Assembly: GCA_963775465.1 (NCBI GenBank)
Contig: CAVZIW010000015.1
Location: forward strand, 1-64,000
From: Candidatus Bathyarchaeota archaeon
Lineage (GTDB): Archaea; Thermoproteota; Bathyarchaeia; Bathyarchaeales; Bathycorpusculaceae
Reading direction: 5' to 3'
DNA: 64,000 bases
Shown: positions 41,780 through 51,514 of the stretch, one piece after another
Numbering within the stretch: position 1 is the stretch's first letter
Layout: every line of letters begins with the position of its first letter
Notes under the pieces: generated by a model
What the model was told of the DNA's origin: nothing
The model's database searches: none
Seen by the model: only the letters and a program-made list of their open reading frames with translations
Position numbers and translations under genes: made by a program

Positions 41780-43867
41780 TTGAATATGAATTTCTCAATT
41801 AAAGGAAAAAACTTTTTGATAGCTGCATTGCTAGTCGTGTTGATGGTTCTCAGCTCCTTTGCTGTATTCTCGCCAGTTTCTGCTTCTGCGCCAACACTCA
41901 TGGATCCAACGACTATACCTAAATTCGAAAATCAAATAACAGGTGCACCGCCAGTCTATATTCCCCAGGTAATCCAAAACCCTGAGGGTAAAGGCATTGC
42001 GTACAGGTACACTGTAACGATGGATGAACAAAACCAACAAGTCTTGCCGCCAGGATATCCTATGACTCCAGTTTGGGGTTACGGAGGATACGCTAAAGAT
42101 GCCGTTACAGGCAAATACTTAGGTTACGTCTTAAACTCGCCAGGACCAAGCTTTGAAGCTAAAAGAGGAATCCCAACAGTTGTAAAATGGGTAAACAACA
42201 TCGATGTACCATACATGTTTCCAGTTGATCCAACTCTGCACTGGGCTAACCCAACGAACATTCCCATGATGACCGCAACCCAGCAAGCTGGACTTGGTCT
42301 AGCACCAACTTATCCACCAGGATACAACGGTGTATCAATCGGCCTCACTAATCCAGAGGCTTGGAATGCTCAATCGCCTGTTCCGCTTGTGCCACACCTT
42401 CACGGAGGCGAAGTTTCATCACTATACGATGGAGGCCCAACCGCTTGGTGGACAAATGGCGGAGTAAGAGGCGAAACCTACAACAGCCTTTATCACACAT
42501 CATCCAACGCAGCAGTCTACTACTATCCAAACGAACAGCCAGCTACTACCCTTTGGTACCATGACCACGCACTTGGCTTAACCAGAATAAATGTCATGTC
42601 AGGTCTAGCAGGATTTTATCTTTTACGCGATTCAGAAGACGCGTTAGGTAAGAACCTTCCAAGCGGAGCCTACGAAGTACCCCTCGCTATACAGGATAGA
42701 ACATTCCAAAGCGATGGTTCATTCTACTTCCCCGCTGACGAAGCAACCAACCCAGATGTACATCCCTATTGGTCACCTGAATTTTTCGGAGACACCATAA
42801 TGGTTAACGGCTTAGTCTGGCCAAACATGGATGTATCAAAAACGATGTACCGCTTCAGACTCTTAGACGGATCAAACGCCAGATTCTATACACTTAGCCT
42901 TGAAACTGACTCAGGCGAACCGGTAGAATTCACTCAGATAGGCACTGACGGAGGATACATGAAAAAAGCAGTAAAACTAACTGAACTAACTATTGCCCCT
43001 GGAGAAAGAGCAGACATACTTATTGATTTCTCAGATCTAGCTCCTGGAACTAAAATTCTAATGAAGAACACTGCAAACGCCCCATTCCCTGATGGCGACC
43101 CAGTAGACCCCGAAACTACAGGTCAAATTATGCAGTTCACGGTTACAAGAAAACATGTCCCGTATTCGCAACGACAGGATGCATGCCTAACAGAAGCTGC
43201 CACGAAACCCTACAAAATCATAAACAATGACCTTAAAGGAGCATGGCCAACACTACCGGAACCAACCAACACAAGAACTATGACTCTATGGGAAGTCCAA
43301 GGAGATGGAGGCCCACTTGAAGTGTTAGTTAACGGTCAAAAATGGGCTGCACCTGTCTCAGAGGATCCACAGGAAGGTTCAACTGAAGAGTGGGTAATTG
43401 TCAATTTGACTGGTGATACCCATCCGATACATTTGCATCTGACCCAATTCCAACTCGTTGGACGTTACACATTAGCTGACCCAGATGCTTACGCCGCTGA
43501 TTGGACAACGCTAAACGGTGCAGAACCACCATACATGTTCACCCCAGAGGAACTTGACCCCTTCACCGATGGCAACTATATTGTTCCTGGATCATTCGTT
43601 GCGCCCGCAGCTAACGAACATGCCTGGAAAGACACCATACAGATGAATCCTGGAGAAGTTACCATAATTCGCGTTAGATTTGCGCCTATCGACGGATCAG
43701 CAAAGTATCCGTTTGATCCTACAGAGGGTCCAGGATACGTCTGGCACTGCCACATTATAGACCATGAAGACAACGAAATGATGCGACCGTACATAGTGAC
43801 ACAAGCACCACCAACTCATCATCACTCAGGACCAAGATACCACAAATGGAACAATTGGAACTGCTAA
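41780..43867 (+). CDS. Secreted multicopper oxidase (CotA/bilirubin oxidase-like)
   Basis: HLHG, WYHDH, HPIHLH and WHCHIIDHEDNEMM copper motifs; signal peptide. Confidence 0.95.
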   Translation: MNMNFSIKGKNFLIAALLVVLMVLSSFAVFSPVSASAPTLMDPTTIPKFENQITGAPPVYIPQVIQNPEGKGIAYRYTVTMDEQNQQVLPPGYPMTPVWGYGGYAKDAVTGKYLGYVLNSPGPSFEAKRGIPTVVKWVNNIDVPYMFPVDPTLHWANPTNIPMMTATQQAGLGLAPTYPPGYNGVSIGLTNPEAWNAQSPVPLVPHLHGGEVSSLYDGGPTAWWTNGGVRGETYNSLYHTSSNAAVYYYPNEQPATTLWYHDHALGLTRINVMSGLAGFYLLRDSEDALGKNLPSGAYEVPLAIQDRTFQSDGSFYFPADEATNPDVHPYWSPEFFGDTIMVNGLVWPNMDVSKTMYRFRLLDGSNARFYTLSLETDSGEPVEFTQIGTDGGYMKKAVKLTELTIAPGERADILIDFSDLAPGTKILMKNTANAPFPDGDPVDPETTGQIMQFTVTRKHVPYSQRQDACLTEAATKPYKIINNDLKGAWPTLPEPTNTRTMTLWEVQGDGGPLEVLVNGQKWAAPVSEDPQEGSTEEWVIVNLTGDTHPIHLHLTQFQLVGRYTLADPDAYAADWTTLNGAEPPYMFTPEELDPFTDGNYIVPGSFVAPAANEHAWKDTIQMNPGEVTIIRVRFAPIDGSAKYPFDPTEGPGYVWHCHIIDHEDNEMMRPYIVTQAPPTHHHSGPRYHKWNNWNC

Positions 43868-44084
43868 ACACCGTTTTCTCAAAACAGAGGCTCTAGCCTT
43901 TATGGCTAGATTACCTTTCTTTTTTATTAAATCAGATAAACATTTTTTTGCTTTCAAGCAAGAAAAAGAGAGCGAAATAATCATGTTAATTCTTCTTGAC
44001 TGAGCAAAGCTCTATAAATTCTAAAAACCTATTTTCTATAAGAACTACAATTTGAAAGTAGCAGTGATCAAAGCGCAGGATAGT

Positions 44085-44315
44085 TTAATTTGTGATTGTT
44101 ACTTTTTCTTCTTTTGGAATCATCATGAGTTCTACGTTTTCATGTTTTGGTTGGGTTATGTTTGCTGGTTTTTGGTTTTTCTTGTTGTGGGGGTGCCCTA
44201 TGTAGTAGAGGCTCCAGCCAACGGCGAATACGATTGCTAATGCCGGTGCAAGTAGGATTTTTGTAAGTTTGCTGCGGTGTTTTCTAGTGGTTGTTTTTTT
44301 CAAGTCTTTTCCCAT
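44085..44315 (-). CDS. Small single-TM protein
   Basis: Basic N-terminus, LLAP...GWSLYYIG, C-terminal NVELMMIPKEEKVTI. Confidence 0.7.
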   Translation of the reverse strand: MGKDLKKTTTRKHRSKLTKILLAPALAIVFAVGWSLYYIGHPHNKKNQKPANITQPKHENVELMMIPKEEKVTITN

Positions 44316-44531
44316 GTCATATTACTTCGTAATTCTTAATATATAAGGTTTATTAATTTTGTGAAAACAAAAAACTGCAGTGAAACCAAAAAAAGAAAAA
44401 ATAGCTGAAAAATAGGACACACGCAAAATTTTTCTGCAAGGATTGTGATAATCAGATTCTATATAGTTATGTGTTCTCTAATAACAAAAAAGAGAGGGAA
44501 TTTTTGAGGTTTGTTTTGTTAACTTTTTTTG

Positions 44532-47024
44532 TTAACGTTTTTTAAGCACCAGCAGAGCTAAGACAACTGCCACTATCACAATTGAGACAAATAAGCCTAC
44601 GATTGCGGGAATGAAGTATGCGTCATATGTGGTTTGTAGGGATATTGCAGTAGGTTGTGGTGTTGTTGCGGGGGAGTCAACTACGAATGAGCTTGTTGCA
44701 TGTGATGGCCAGTATGATTCGCTGCCCGTGAATGATGCGTAGACGGTGTATTGGCCTGGTATGTCTGGTTGCCAACTGAAGGTAAAGAATCCGTCAGCGT
44801 CACTAGTGACATTTCCGATTTCTCTGGAGTTGCCATTAGTGTCAAGCACGCTAATTGAGATGGGAACGCCTTTGGTGTCAAATGGACGTTCAAACTGCAT
44901 GTATACGTATTTCATCCAGTCGCTCATGCTTGCGTCAGATACTGCTGGAACTCCATTGGGAAAACGCATTGTCAAAGTTGCATCATTTGTGCCAGGTGAA
45001 ACGTCTGTTATCATTCCTCGAATTACTAAGCTGTTTCCGAGAGTTATGCCGGTTGCTGGAGCGTCAACAATTGTTTGGCTGGGTCCTTTTCCTATTGCGT
45101 ATATCCGTTGGTCGTAGGTATCCATTAATGCAATTATGCTGTCTCCGATCATTGCCTTTCCGCCCCAACATGTCTGTCGAAGGCCTCCATCTATCTTCCA
45201 AATGACATTTCCAGTCTCTATAGCCAGACATATGAATGGTGCGCCTCGTGGAAGCGGCTGGTTTGGCGAGTGTTCGACGTGTCCTAAGTATACCTTGCCG
45301 TCTGAAACTAGGACCTGTTGCATCCACCAGTTGTTGCCTATGGTAAATTCGGTGTTGAGGTCTTCAGCTGTGTAGTTCCAAAGTAAAGTTCCGGTTTTTG
45401 CATCGTAGCATCTTATGTCTCCAGCTGCACCTGATGAAACGAGCTTGCCGTAGTTTATCGTGCTTATGCGGTCAAACATGTTAAGGTAGGTGTCTGGTGG
45501 TGAGGGTCCCCAGAGGAATTGCCCGTTGGTTAGATCGAAAGCATAGTAGTTCATGCATTCTTTTGAATTTAGTACTGCGACGTTGTCTGTTAGGCTTGCG
45601 GCTGCCCAGTTGATGGTTTGGTTTCCTTCCGCCCAAGACGATGGAGCGGTCCAAGCGGTATTGTAGAGTATCGATCCGATCTGTCCGTTTGATGAGTTCA
45701 GGTTTAGTGCCCATATCTGTACGTTGGTAGCATTTATCGATGCACCGACTACTCTGTCAAGTGGATTTACAATCCGAACATTACCAGGTAGCGCTTTAGG
45801 GATCGTTACATTCCAGTCATAGCCCTTTGTTTGTGCGTCAAAAGTTCTGCCCCTGACTTGGCTGCCCCATGCAACTGCCATACCCGCATTGTTTTTAAGC
45901 ACGACTGAAGAGGTGTTCCATTGTGCCAGCCATCCCGCATTTTGACTAATTGTGTACTTTAGAATTTCGCCATTGGGACCATAGTAGTTTGTGCCCGAAG
46001 GGACATTGGTCATGTTGTATTTCCAGTCGCCCGTTAAAGGTTCAAATGCATACCAATTTGTTCCGCTAGTTACCCATAGGTACGAGAAATCGCCTTGGTA
46101 GTTCATTGAGCTGAATCGTAAAACTTGTCCGAAGGCTATTCTTCCGTTGCCGTAGTTAACTCCATTGTTAGCTAAGCTTTTAGTCCATAGTTCTTCTCCT
46201 GTGTGCAAATCGACTGCCACTACTGCTTGTTGTGGTTGACCTGAGTCGTATTTGTTGTAGAACATTACGCCGCTGATTATTACCCCGCCAAATTTGCCTT
46301 CGTATGCGTCGCCTATGCCATATCCTGTTTCATCAACTCCGCCAGCTAATCCGCCCATTGTGTCTCCTACTGGTCTTGTCCAAAGTATGTGGGCGCTTTC
46401 TGGGGCATCTTGATCGGGTGCATAGAGGTTGTCTGACGGAAGTATGGGTGTTGGCACTAGCCAGTTGCCTGATATTGTATACCATTCTCTTAGTTGTTGA
46501 TTTATTGGGCGCGACCAATATTCGCTGGGTAGGGCTTCTCCTGGATAGTATTGAATTTGGTCTTGTTGAACTTCAAGTGCTAGTTGTGGGCTGAAGCTTT
46601 CTTTGTAGAGCATCTGGGACGAGACTGGATTTCCGAAGAAGTCATAACCGGAGTAGTTGTACCATTGTTCAGGAAAGTGGGTCTTTAGGTAATAAGTTCC
46701 AACCTGCGTTGGAGTGTACAGAACTCCAGTGCCTCCTGTGGAGTCAGTCTTGTAGGGTCCAACAGTTTCAGTTGAGTTGTCTGGTTTTGTAACGATGACT
46801 GTTAAGCCTGTGAATCCGTCAGTTGCAGTACTTAATGCGTCGGGAATACCTACGTGGAGCATTACTGTCTGGCCCACTCCTACCGGGTTGGGCATAGCCC
46901 CGATATATGCGAAAGTTGATTTCGATGATGCTGCCGCGTTTGCAGGCAGAGTCGCGAATGGAAGTATCATAGTTAATACTAGAATCATTGTAATTATAGT
47001 TGCCATTTTTTGGTTAATTTTCAA
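44532..47024 (-). CDS. Secreted, anchored PQQ-like beta-propeller protein (paralog 3)
   Basis: PNPVGVGQ, TDSTGG, LPSEYWSRPI, GDAYEGKF, EHSP, RFPNGVP, TM plus KKR; terminator at 44486-44498. Confidence 0.88.
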   Translation of the reverse strand: MKINQKMATIITMILVLTMILPFATLPANAAASSKSTFAYIGAMPNPVGVGQTVMLHVGIPDALSTATDGFTGLTVIVTKPDNSTETVGPYKTDSTGGTGVLYTPTQVGTYYLKTHFPEQWYNYSGYDFFGNPVSSQMLYKESFSPQLALEVQQDQIQYYPGEALPSEYWSRPINQQLREWYTISGNWLVPTPILPSDNLYAPDQDAPESAHILWTRPVGDTMGGLAGGVDETGYGIGDAYEGKFGGVIISGVMFYNKYDSGQPQQAVVAVDLHTGEELWTKSLANNGVNYGNGRIAFGQVLRFSSMNYQGDFSYLWVTSGTNWYAFEPLTGDWKYNMTNVPSGTNYYGPNGEILKYTISQNAGWLAQWNTSSVVLKNNAGMAVAWGSQVRGRTFDAQTKGYDWNVTIPKALPGNVRIVNPLDRVVGASINATNVQIWALNLNSSNGQIGSILYNTAWTAPSSWAEGNQTINWAAASLTDNVAVLNSKECMNYYAFDLTNGQFLWGPSPPDTYLNMFDRISTINYGKLVSSGAAGDIRCYDAKTGTLLWNYTAEDLNTEFTIGNNWWMQQVLVSDGKVYLGHVEHSPNQPLPRGAPFICLAIETGNVIWKIDGGLRQTCWGGKAMIGDSIIALMDTYDQRIYAIGKGPSQTIVDAPATGITLGNSLVIRGMITDVSPGTNDATLTMRFPNGVPAVSDASMSDWMKYVYMQFERPFDTKGVPISISVLDTNGNSREIGNVTSDADGFFTFSWQPDIPGQYTVYASFTGSESYWPSHATSSFVVDSPATTPQPTAISLQTTYDAYFIPAIVGLFVSIVIVAVVLALLVLKKR
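44913..44993 (-). repeat. 81-bp perfect inverted repeat, copy A (partner 56348..56428)
   Basis: Reverse complement equals GGCACAAATGATGCAACTTTGAC...GCATGAGCGACTGGATG. Confidence 0.9.
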
Positions 47025-47033
47025 TTTTTTGCT

Positions 47034-47140
47034 TTCTCCTTATTTATTAAACGAGAGTATTTTCTAGAAATACAATCGTCAGAAGCAGAGTTTCTGTCTA
47101 TTAGTTATTTAAAAAAGAGCCGTAAGTTTATCTTACGACA
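47034..47140 (-). promoter_or_regulatory. Promoter of paralog 3, duplicate of 49843..49946
   Basis: CGTAAG-N5-CTTACG 47121-47137; TTTAAATA 47106-47113; CAGAA-N7-TTCTG 47080-47096; hairpin 47051-47079; AGGAGA RBS. Confidence 0.75.
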
Positions 47141-47174
47141 ATGACAAGTTGATTCTAAAGCATTTGACACCTTA

Positions 47175-47210
47175 GTTATGTCATTGGCAAGAAACTATTT
47201 TGAGGATTGT
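47175..47210 (+). pseudogene. Relic of the 3' end of a TrmB-family gene
   Basis: VMSLARNYFEDC versus VVSLGRNYFEDC at 50728-50763. Confidence 0.75.
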
Positions 47211-47249
47211 AAAAAAAGGGAAGGGTTGAGTTTTGTTTTTGTCTTTTTG

Positions 47250-49837
47250 TTATCGCTTTTTTACTGCTTGCAAGACTACGAATCGCCGACTATTGCGATA
47301 GCAAGTATGATTGCTATAACTCCGACGATTAGCGGGATTGTCAATGCGTTGGTTGTGTCGAGGGTTACTGGCTCCTGTGTTGGTTGTGTTATTGGGGCAT
47401 CAATTACTGATGCATAAGTTGTGGCCCATGAGCTTCCGTAAGATTGGTCGCCTGCAAAGGTTGCGGTAATTTTGTATTGCCCTGCGATTTCGGGTGTCCA
47501 TGAATAGCCGAAGTTGCCTTTTTCATCGCTAGTTACTGTGTCAAGGTGGAAGAAGTTGTTGTTGGGATCGATAACGTCGATTGAAACTGGGACGCCTGTG
47601 ACTGTTACGTTGTGGAAGAAGCCATCGATTGGTCGTTGCATGTGCAGGAACTCCATGTACGTGGACATTGACTCTTTGGATACGCATGCTGCACCCGGTT
47701 GAGCTGGCGATTGATCTAAAATGGTGCCAGATATTATTGTTGTCTCTCCTGTAGGGATTGCTGTTTGTGGAGCGGAGACTGTTGCTTGGCTTTCTCCTTT
47801 ACCGAACACGTACATGTAGCCGTCGTATTTGTTGTCGTATGTGAGGTATCCGTCTGCGACTGCTCCTGCTGAGCCTCCGCCTGAGATGTCCCATATGTAT
47901 TCGCCTGTTGTTGCGTTAAGTGCCCAGAGTCTCCAGCCTCTTGCGAGGGGTTCTGTAGGCGAGTGTTCGCCGTTTGCGTAGTAGAGTATTCCGTTGGCGA
48001 TTTGGGGTGAGTTGCTAAAGAGTGTACTTGAGGGGTAAGTTGCTGATTCAAAGGGCAGAGTTGGTGTTGAGTAGTGCCATACTATATCTCCTGTGTCCCA
48101 GTCTAATGCATAGAAGCCTGCGTATGAGAAGTCGTAGACTAAGCCACCGTAAGAGGCGATCGTGTAGGCTCCGAAGTCTCCCCACGGATATTCTGTTCCG
48201 CCTGTTTCACCTGGTTTAGCGCTTTGCCAGAGTAGTTTTCCAGTTTGTTGATCCCAGCAGTCCCACCATCCGCCGAGAACGCGTGTGGTGACTTTTCCGT
48301 GGTCTGCACATAAGCCTGTGGGGAAGAATATGTCGTTGGTCGTTACGTTCCAGAGTAGTTGGCCTGTTGTTATGCTTGTTCCCATTAGGAATTGGCCGAG
48401 TGTGTGTCCAGCGCCTGCTGGAACGATTGAGGCTGAACTTACGTCGATTCCTGTTTCATAATCGACTGAGCCTAGGCGGCTGAAGGGGTAGCTTATGTTG
48501 CTTATTATTCTGGAGTTGAAGTTTGTGCTTGTTCCTGTTGTTGTCCAGTTGATTAACCAGTTTTGGCCGCCGGAACTTGCCACGCTGAGAACGTATGGGT
48601 CTTTGTACATTACTCCTGAGGAAACTGGTAGTGAGATGTTTGCTTTTACTGCTCCGCTCCATGGGTCATATTTGATCATTCTTGAGGATCCTATGTATAC
48701 TAGAGAGTATGTTCCTGTTCCCATTCCTGTTTGGTCTGCTCCTGGTACTGAGGTGCCTACTTCGTTGAAGGTGACAACTGTGGGTATTTGGGTTATGCCT
48801 GTTTGTTCCCAGTATATTTCTCCTGTGCGGATGTCGTAGCATGTCCATGCGTTTGTGGTTTGTGTTACTGTGACGCCGTTTACTGTTGTTGTCATTGGTT
48901 TAGCTATGGATTGGTATGCGCGGCCTTGGAATATGATGTTTGGTGTTCCTGCGTATGTTGATTCGCCGGGTCCAACTGAGCGGTATCCGAATTGTCCGCC
49001 GACAATGCCTGCGAGTGCGCCTTGTCTCATCCATGCGATGTGTGATGTTTCTGGTCCTTGGACGTATGGGGTGTATTTGTAGTTGCTTGCGTATGTGTTG
49101 GTGTTTGCTGGCCAATCGGGTCCTCCGCCTACACCGGTGAACGGGTATTGTCCACCTATAAGATACCATTCACGGTCTTCGATTGGTATGGGGCGTGTCC
49201 AATAATCATTTGGTAAGGGTGCTGCTGGCCATGAATAGACCAAATCCTGCTGTACAGTTAGCGATACTTCTGGACTGATTGAGGCTTGATACCATGCAGA
49301 CTCTAGGTTTGCTGGTCCGCCAAAGCCCATTCCGCCTGTGTTGGTTCCTGGTGGAAGATCTGCTGTAGTGGCGTAGTATATGCCGTTGTAGTACCATCCT
49401 GCTTGGAAGTAGTTGCCTGGGAAGTTAAACTTGAATTTGTATGTGCCTACTTGGTCGACGCTGTATTGGACCCATGCTGTTGAGTCGCCCTGGTAGGAAC
49501 TTAGTGGTCCGATGGTTTCTGTGGCGTTGTTTGGTTTTGTAACTGTTATTGTGTATCCTGAGAAGAATCTGTTGTACTGCACTGGAGGTTCGAGCCACAG
49601 GTTGATAAGAACGGTTTGTCCTTGACCTATCGGGTTGGGGCTAATACTAATGAAGGCTGTAGTTGCAATCGTAACGTTTGGGGTTACTCCTTGTGGGGGG
49701 GAGGTTGGCCATGGTGTTAGTTGTGGTGCTCCTATCTGTTCAACTGCTGCATTTGTGGATAGAAAGATAGCTGAAGCTGACATTAACAGCAACGAAAGAA
49801 ACATTAGTGCCATAACTTTGTTCTTTATTTGTTTCAT
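47250..49837 (-). CDS. Secreted, anchored PQQ-like beta-propeller protein (paralog 4), frameshift in the final TM
   Basis: PNPIGQGQ, LPNDYWTRPI, GEHSP; ORF ends IVGDS* at 47276, but a shift near 47284 restores FVVLQAVKKR* ending at 47250. Confidence 0.85.
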
Positions 49838-49842
49838 TTTTT

Positions 49843-49946
49843 TTCTCCTAACTTTTTTAAACGAAATATCTAGTGATATATCGTTCAGAAGCAGAGTTTC
49901 TGGGTATTACTTATTTAAAACAGAGCCGTAAGTTGATCTTATGACA
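49843..49946 (-). promoter_or_regulatory. Divergent promoter between paralog 4 and the TrmB gene
   Basis: CGTAAG-N5-CTTATG 49927-49943; TATA 49912-49919; CAGAA-N7-TTCTG 49886-49902; hairpin 49861-49884. Confidence 0.75.
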
Positions 49947-49986
49947 AAAGCTAGTTTTAAAAGCATATCACGACATTATAGCAGCT

Positions 49987-50805
49987 ATGCAGCTATTCCC
50001 TGAGAACGATGATATCGGTTTTCTCTCAGAATTAGGGCTGAGCAACAACCAAATAAGAATATACCTCTCACTTCTCAAGATAGGTTCTCCAGCCAAAGCA
50101 TTCATAATATATCAAACTTCAGGTGTTCCACGACAAGATGTCTACCGAGTACTTTTTGAGTTGCAGCAACTCGGCATAGTTGAGAAAAAAATAGCAACAC
50201 CAAACGAGTTTAGTGCCGTTGAACCCAAAAAAGCAGTTTCTATCCTAATCGAAAACAAACAACAGCAAATCTCTGAGTTGAGTTTTAAAGCAGAAATATT
50301 CTCCAGAAAAGCAACTGAACGCTACTGCAAGCTAAATCCGTTGCCAGATAAAGACCGGTTTACGCTGATTACGGAAAAGCAAGCAATAATACATACCATC
50401 AAAGAAGCCATTGAAAAATCACAAAAGATATTCTGTTTCATTGTTCCAAAAAGAGAATTCCTACAATGGTTAGCTGTTCTTTCTGAATCGTTAATTTTGA
50501 TCAAAGACAAAAACATAAAAGTTAGATGGATAACTCAAATGCCTGACCAAGCTGATGTTCCGAAAATTTATGATATATTAAAGCAAAATCATCATATTCA
50601 AATCAAATTCATTTCCAATACTGCTTCAGTGAAGTTCGCATTGTCCGATGAAAGCGAAATTGTGTTAGCTGTTTTAGAGGGAGGCAATTTTGCTGAGACT
50701 CCAGCTCTTTTGACCAACAGTCCAGCGGTCGTATCGTTGGGAAGAAACTATTTTGAAGATTGCTGGACAAGGGGAAAAGATCTAAACACTATCAAACTGG
50801 TTTAA
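49987..50805 (+). CDS. TrmB-family transcriptional regulator
   Basis: LGLS..Q.RIY..LL, SGVPRQDVYRVL..L...GIVE, PLD-like effector domain ending YFE..W. Confidence 0.9.
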   Translation: MQLFPENDDIGFLSELGLSNNQIRIYLSLLKIGSPAKAFIIYQTSGVPRQDVYRVLFELQQLGIVEKKIATPNEFSAVEPKKAVSILIENKQQQISELSFKAEIFSRKATERYCKLNPLPDKDRFTLITEKQAIIHTIKEAIEKSQKIFCFIVPKREFLQWLAVLSESLILIKDKNIKVRWITQMPDQADVPKIYDILKQNHHIQIKFISNTASVKFALSDESEIVLAVLEGGNFAETPALLTNSPAVVSLGRNYFEDCWTRGKDLNTIKLV

Positions 50806-50820
50806 CGTTGAATTTGTACT

Positions 50821-50990
50821 GAAAGGGTAGCTGCTTCTAAAAGGATAGCTGAGAAGATAAACTCTACTGAGAAAATAAATCCTCATGAATACGAAGAAGA
50901 ACTTGAACAGAGAAATCCCTAATGCTTTACCTAAACGCAAACGTCTTCATCTATGTAGCAATAAACGGCGAAGAGATTGGAAAACAATGA
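50821..50990 (+). pseudogene. VapBC relic: antitoxin C-terminus and PIN toxin N-terminus
   Basis: Startless ERVAASKRIA...YEEELEQRNP* coupled by TAATG to MLYLNANVFIYVAINGEEIGKQ* (PIN start D->N, truncated). Confidence 0.6.
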
Positions 50991-51085
50991 TGAGATTATC
51001 CTAGAAATCGCTTAAGGACTTTTTTGATAAAGAACCTGACATTTACACAATTAAAGATATAAAAGCCGAGGTTAAAGGCGTTTGA
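50975..51085 (+). pseudogene. Second antitoxin-like relic
   Basis: DWKTMMRLS*KSLKDFFDKEPDIYTIKDIK with an in-frame TAG at 51002. Confidence 0.45.
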
Positions 51086-51145
51086 AAAGTTGCTTTAGAA
51101 TAACTTATAACCTTCCGGTTCCTTATCGGTACCTGGTGAGTTGCT

Positions 51146-51355
51146 ATGGCTGAAACAGTTTCAATTCCTCGTCCGCTATTAAAAGAGCTCTACGAACATT
51201 TTGACAGAATAGAGGAGATTCTAGCTACATTGGAAGAGCTTTCAGATAAAAAAGGGCTAAAGAGAATTGAAAGAAGTCTTGAAGAATACAAAAATAAAGA
51301 ATGCGTTACCCTCTCAAGTTCTGAGAAAATCAGAGAAGCCCTCATGAAGGACTAA
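51146..51355 (+). CDS. Putative RelB-like antitoxin
   Basis: ILATLEELSD...KRIERSLEEY; immediately upstream of a RelE-like ORF. Confidence 0.7.
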   Translation: MAETVSIPRPLLKELYEHFDRIEEILATLEELSDKKGLKRIERSLEEYKNKECVTLSSSEKIREALMKD

Positions 51356-51357
51356 GT

Positions 51358-51483
51358 TTGCAATACAAGACGATTTTCACCAAAAGCTTCAAAAAGGAAT
51401 TTCGTAAAATTCCAAAAGGCATCCGAGAGATTATTCTTAAGACTCTGGAAAAAACAATAGTAAATAAAGTCACGTTCCGATAA
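51358..51483 (+). pseudogene. Truncated RelE/ParE toxin
   Basis: MQYKTIFTKSFKKEFRKIPKGIREIILKTLEK..., only 41 aa, lacking the C-terminal half. Confidence 0.7.
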
Positions 51484-51514
51484 GGAAAGCTGGATTAACT
51501 CGATTGATGGTTAG

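Noticed and set aside
47178-47417. 79-aa plus-strand ORF as a real gene
   Set aside because: Only the first 11 codons are a TrmB relic; the rest is terminator and antisense of paralog 4.
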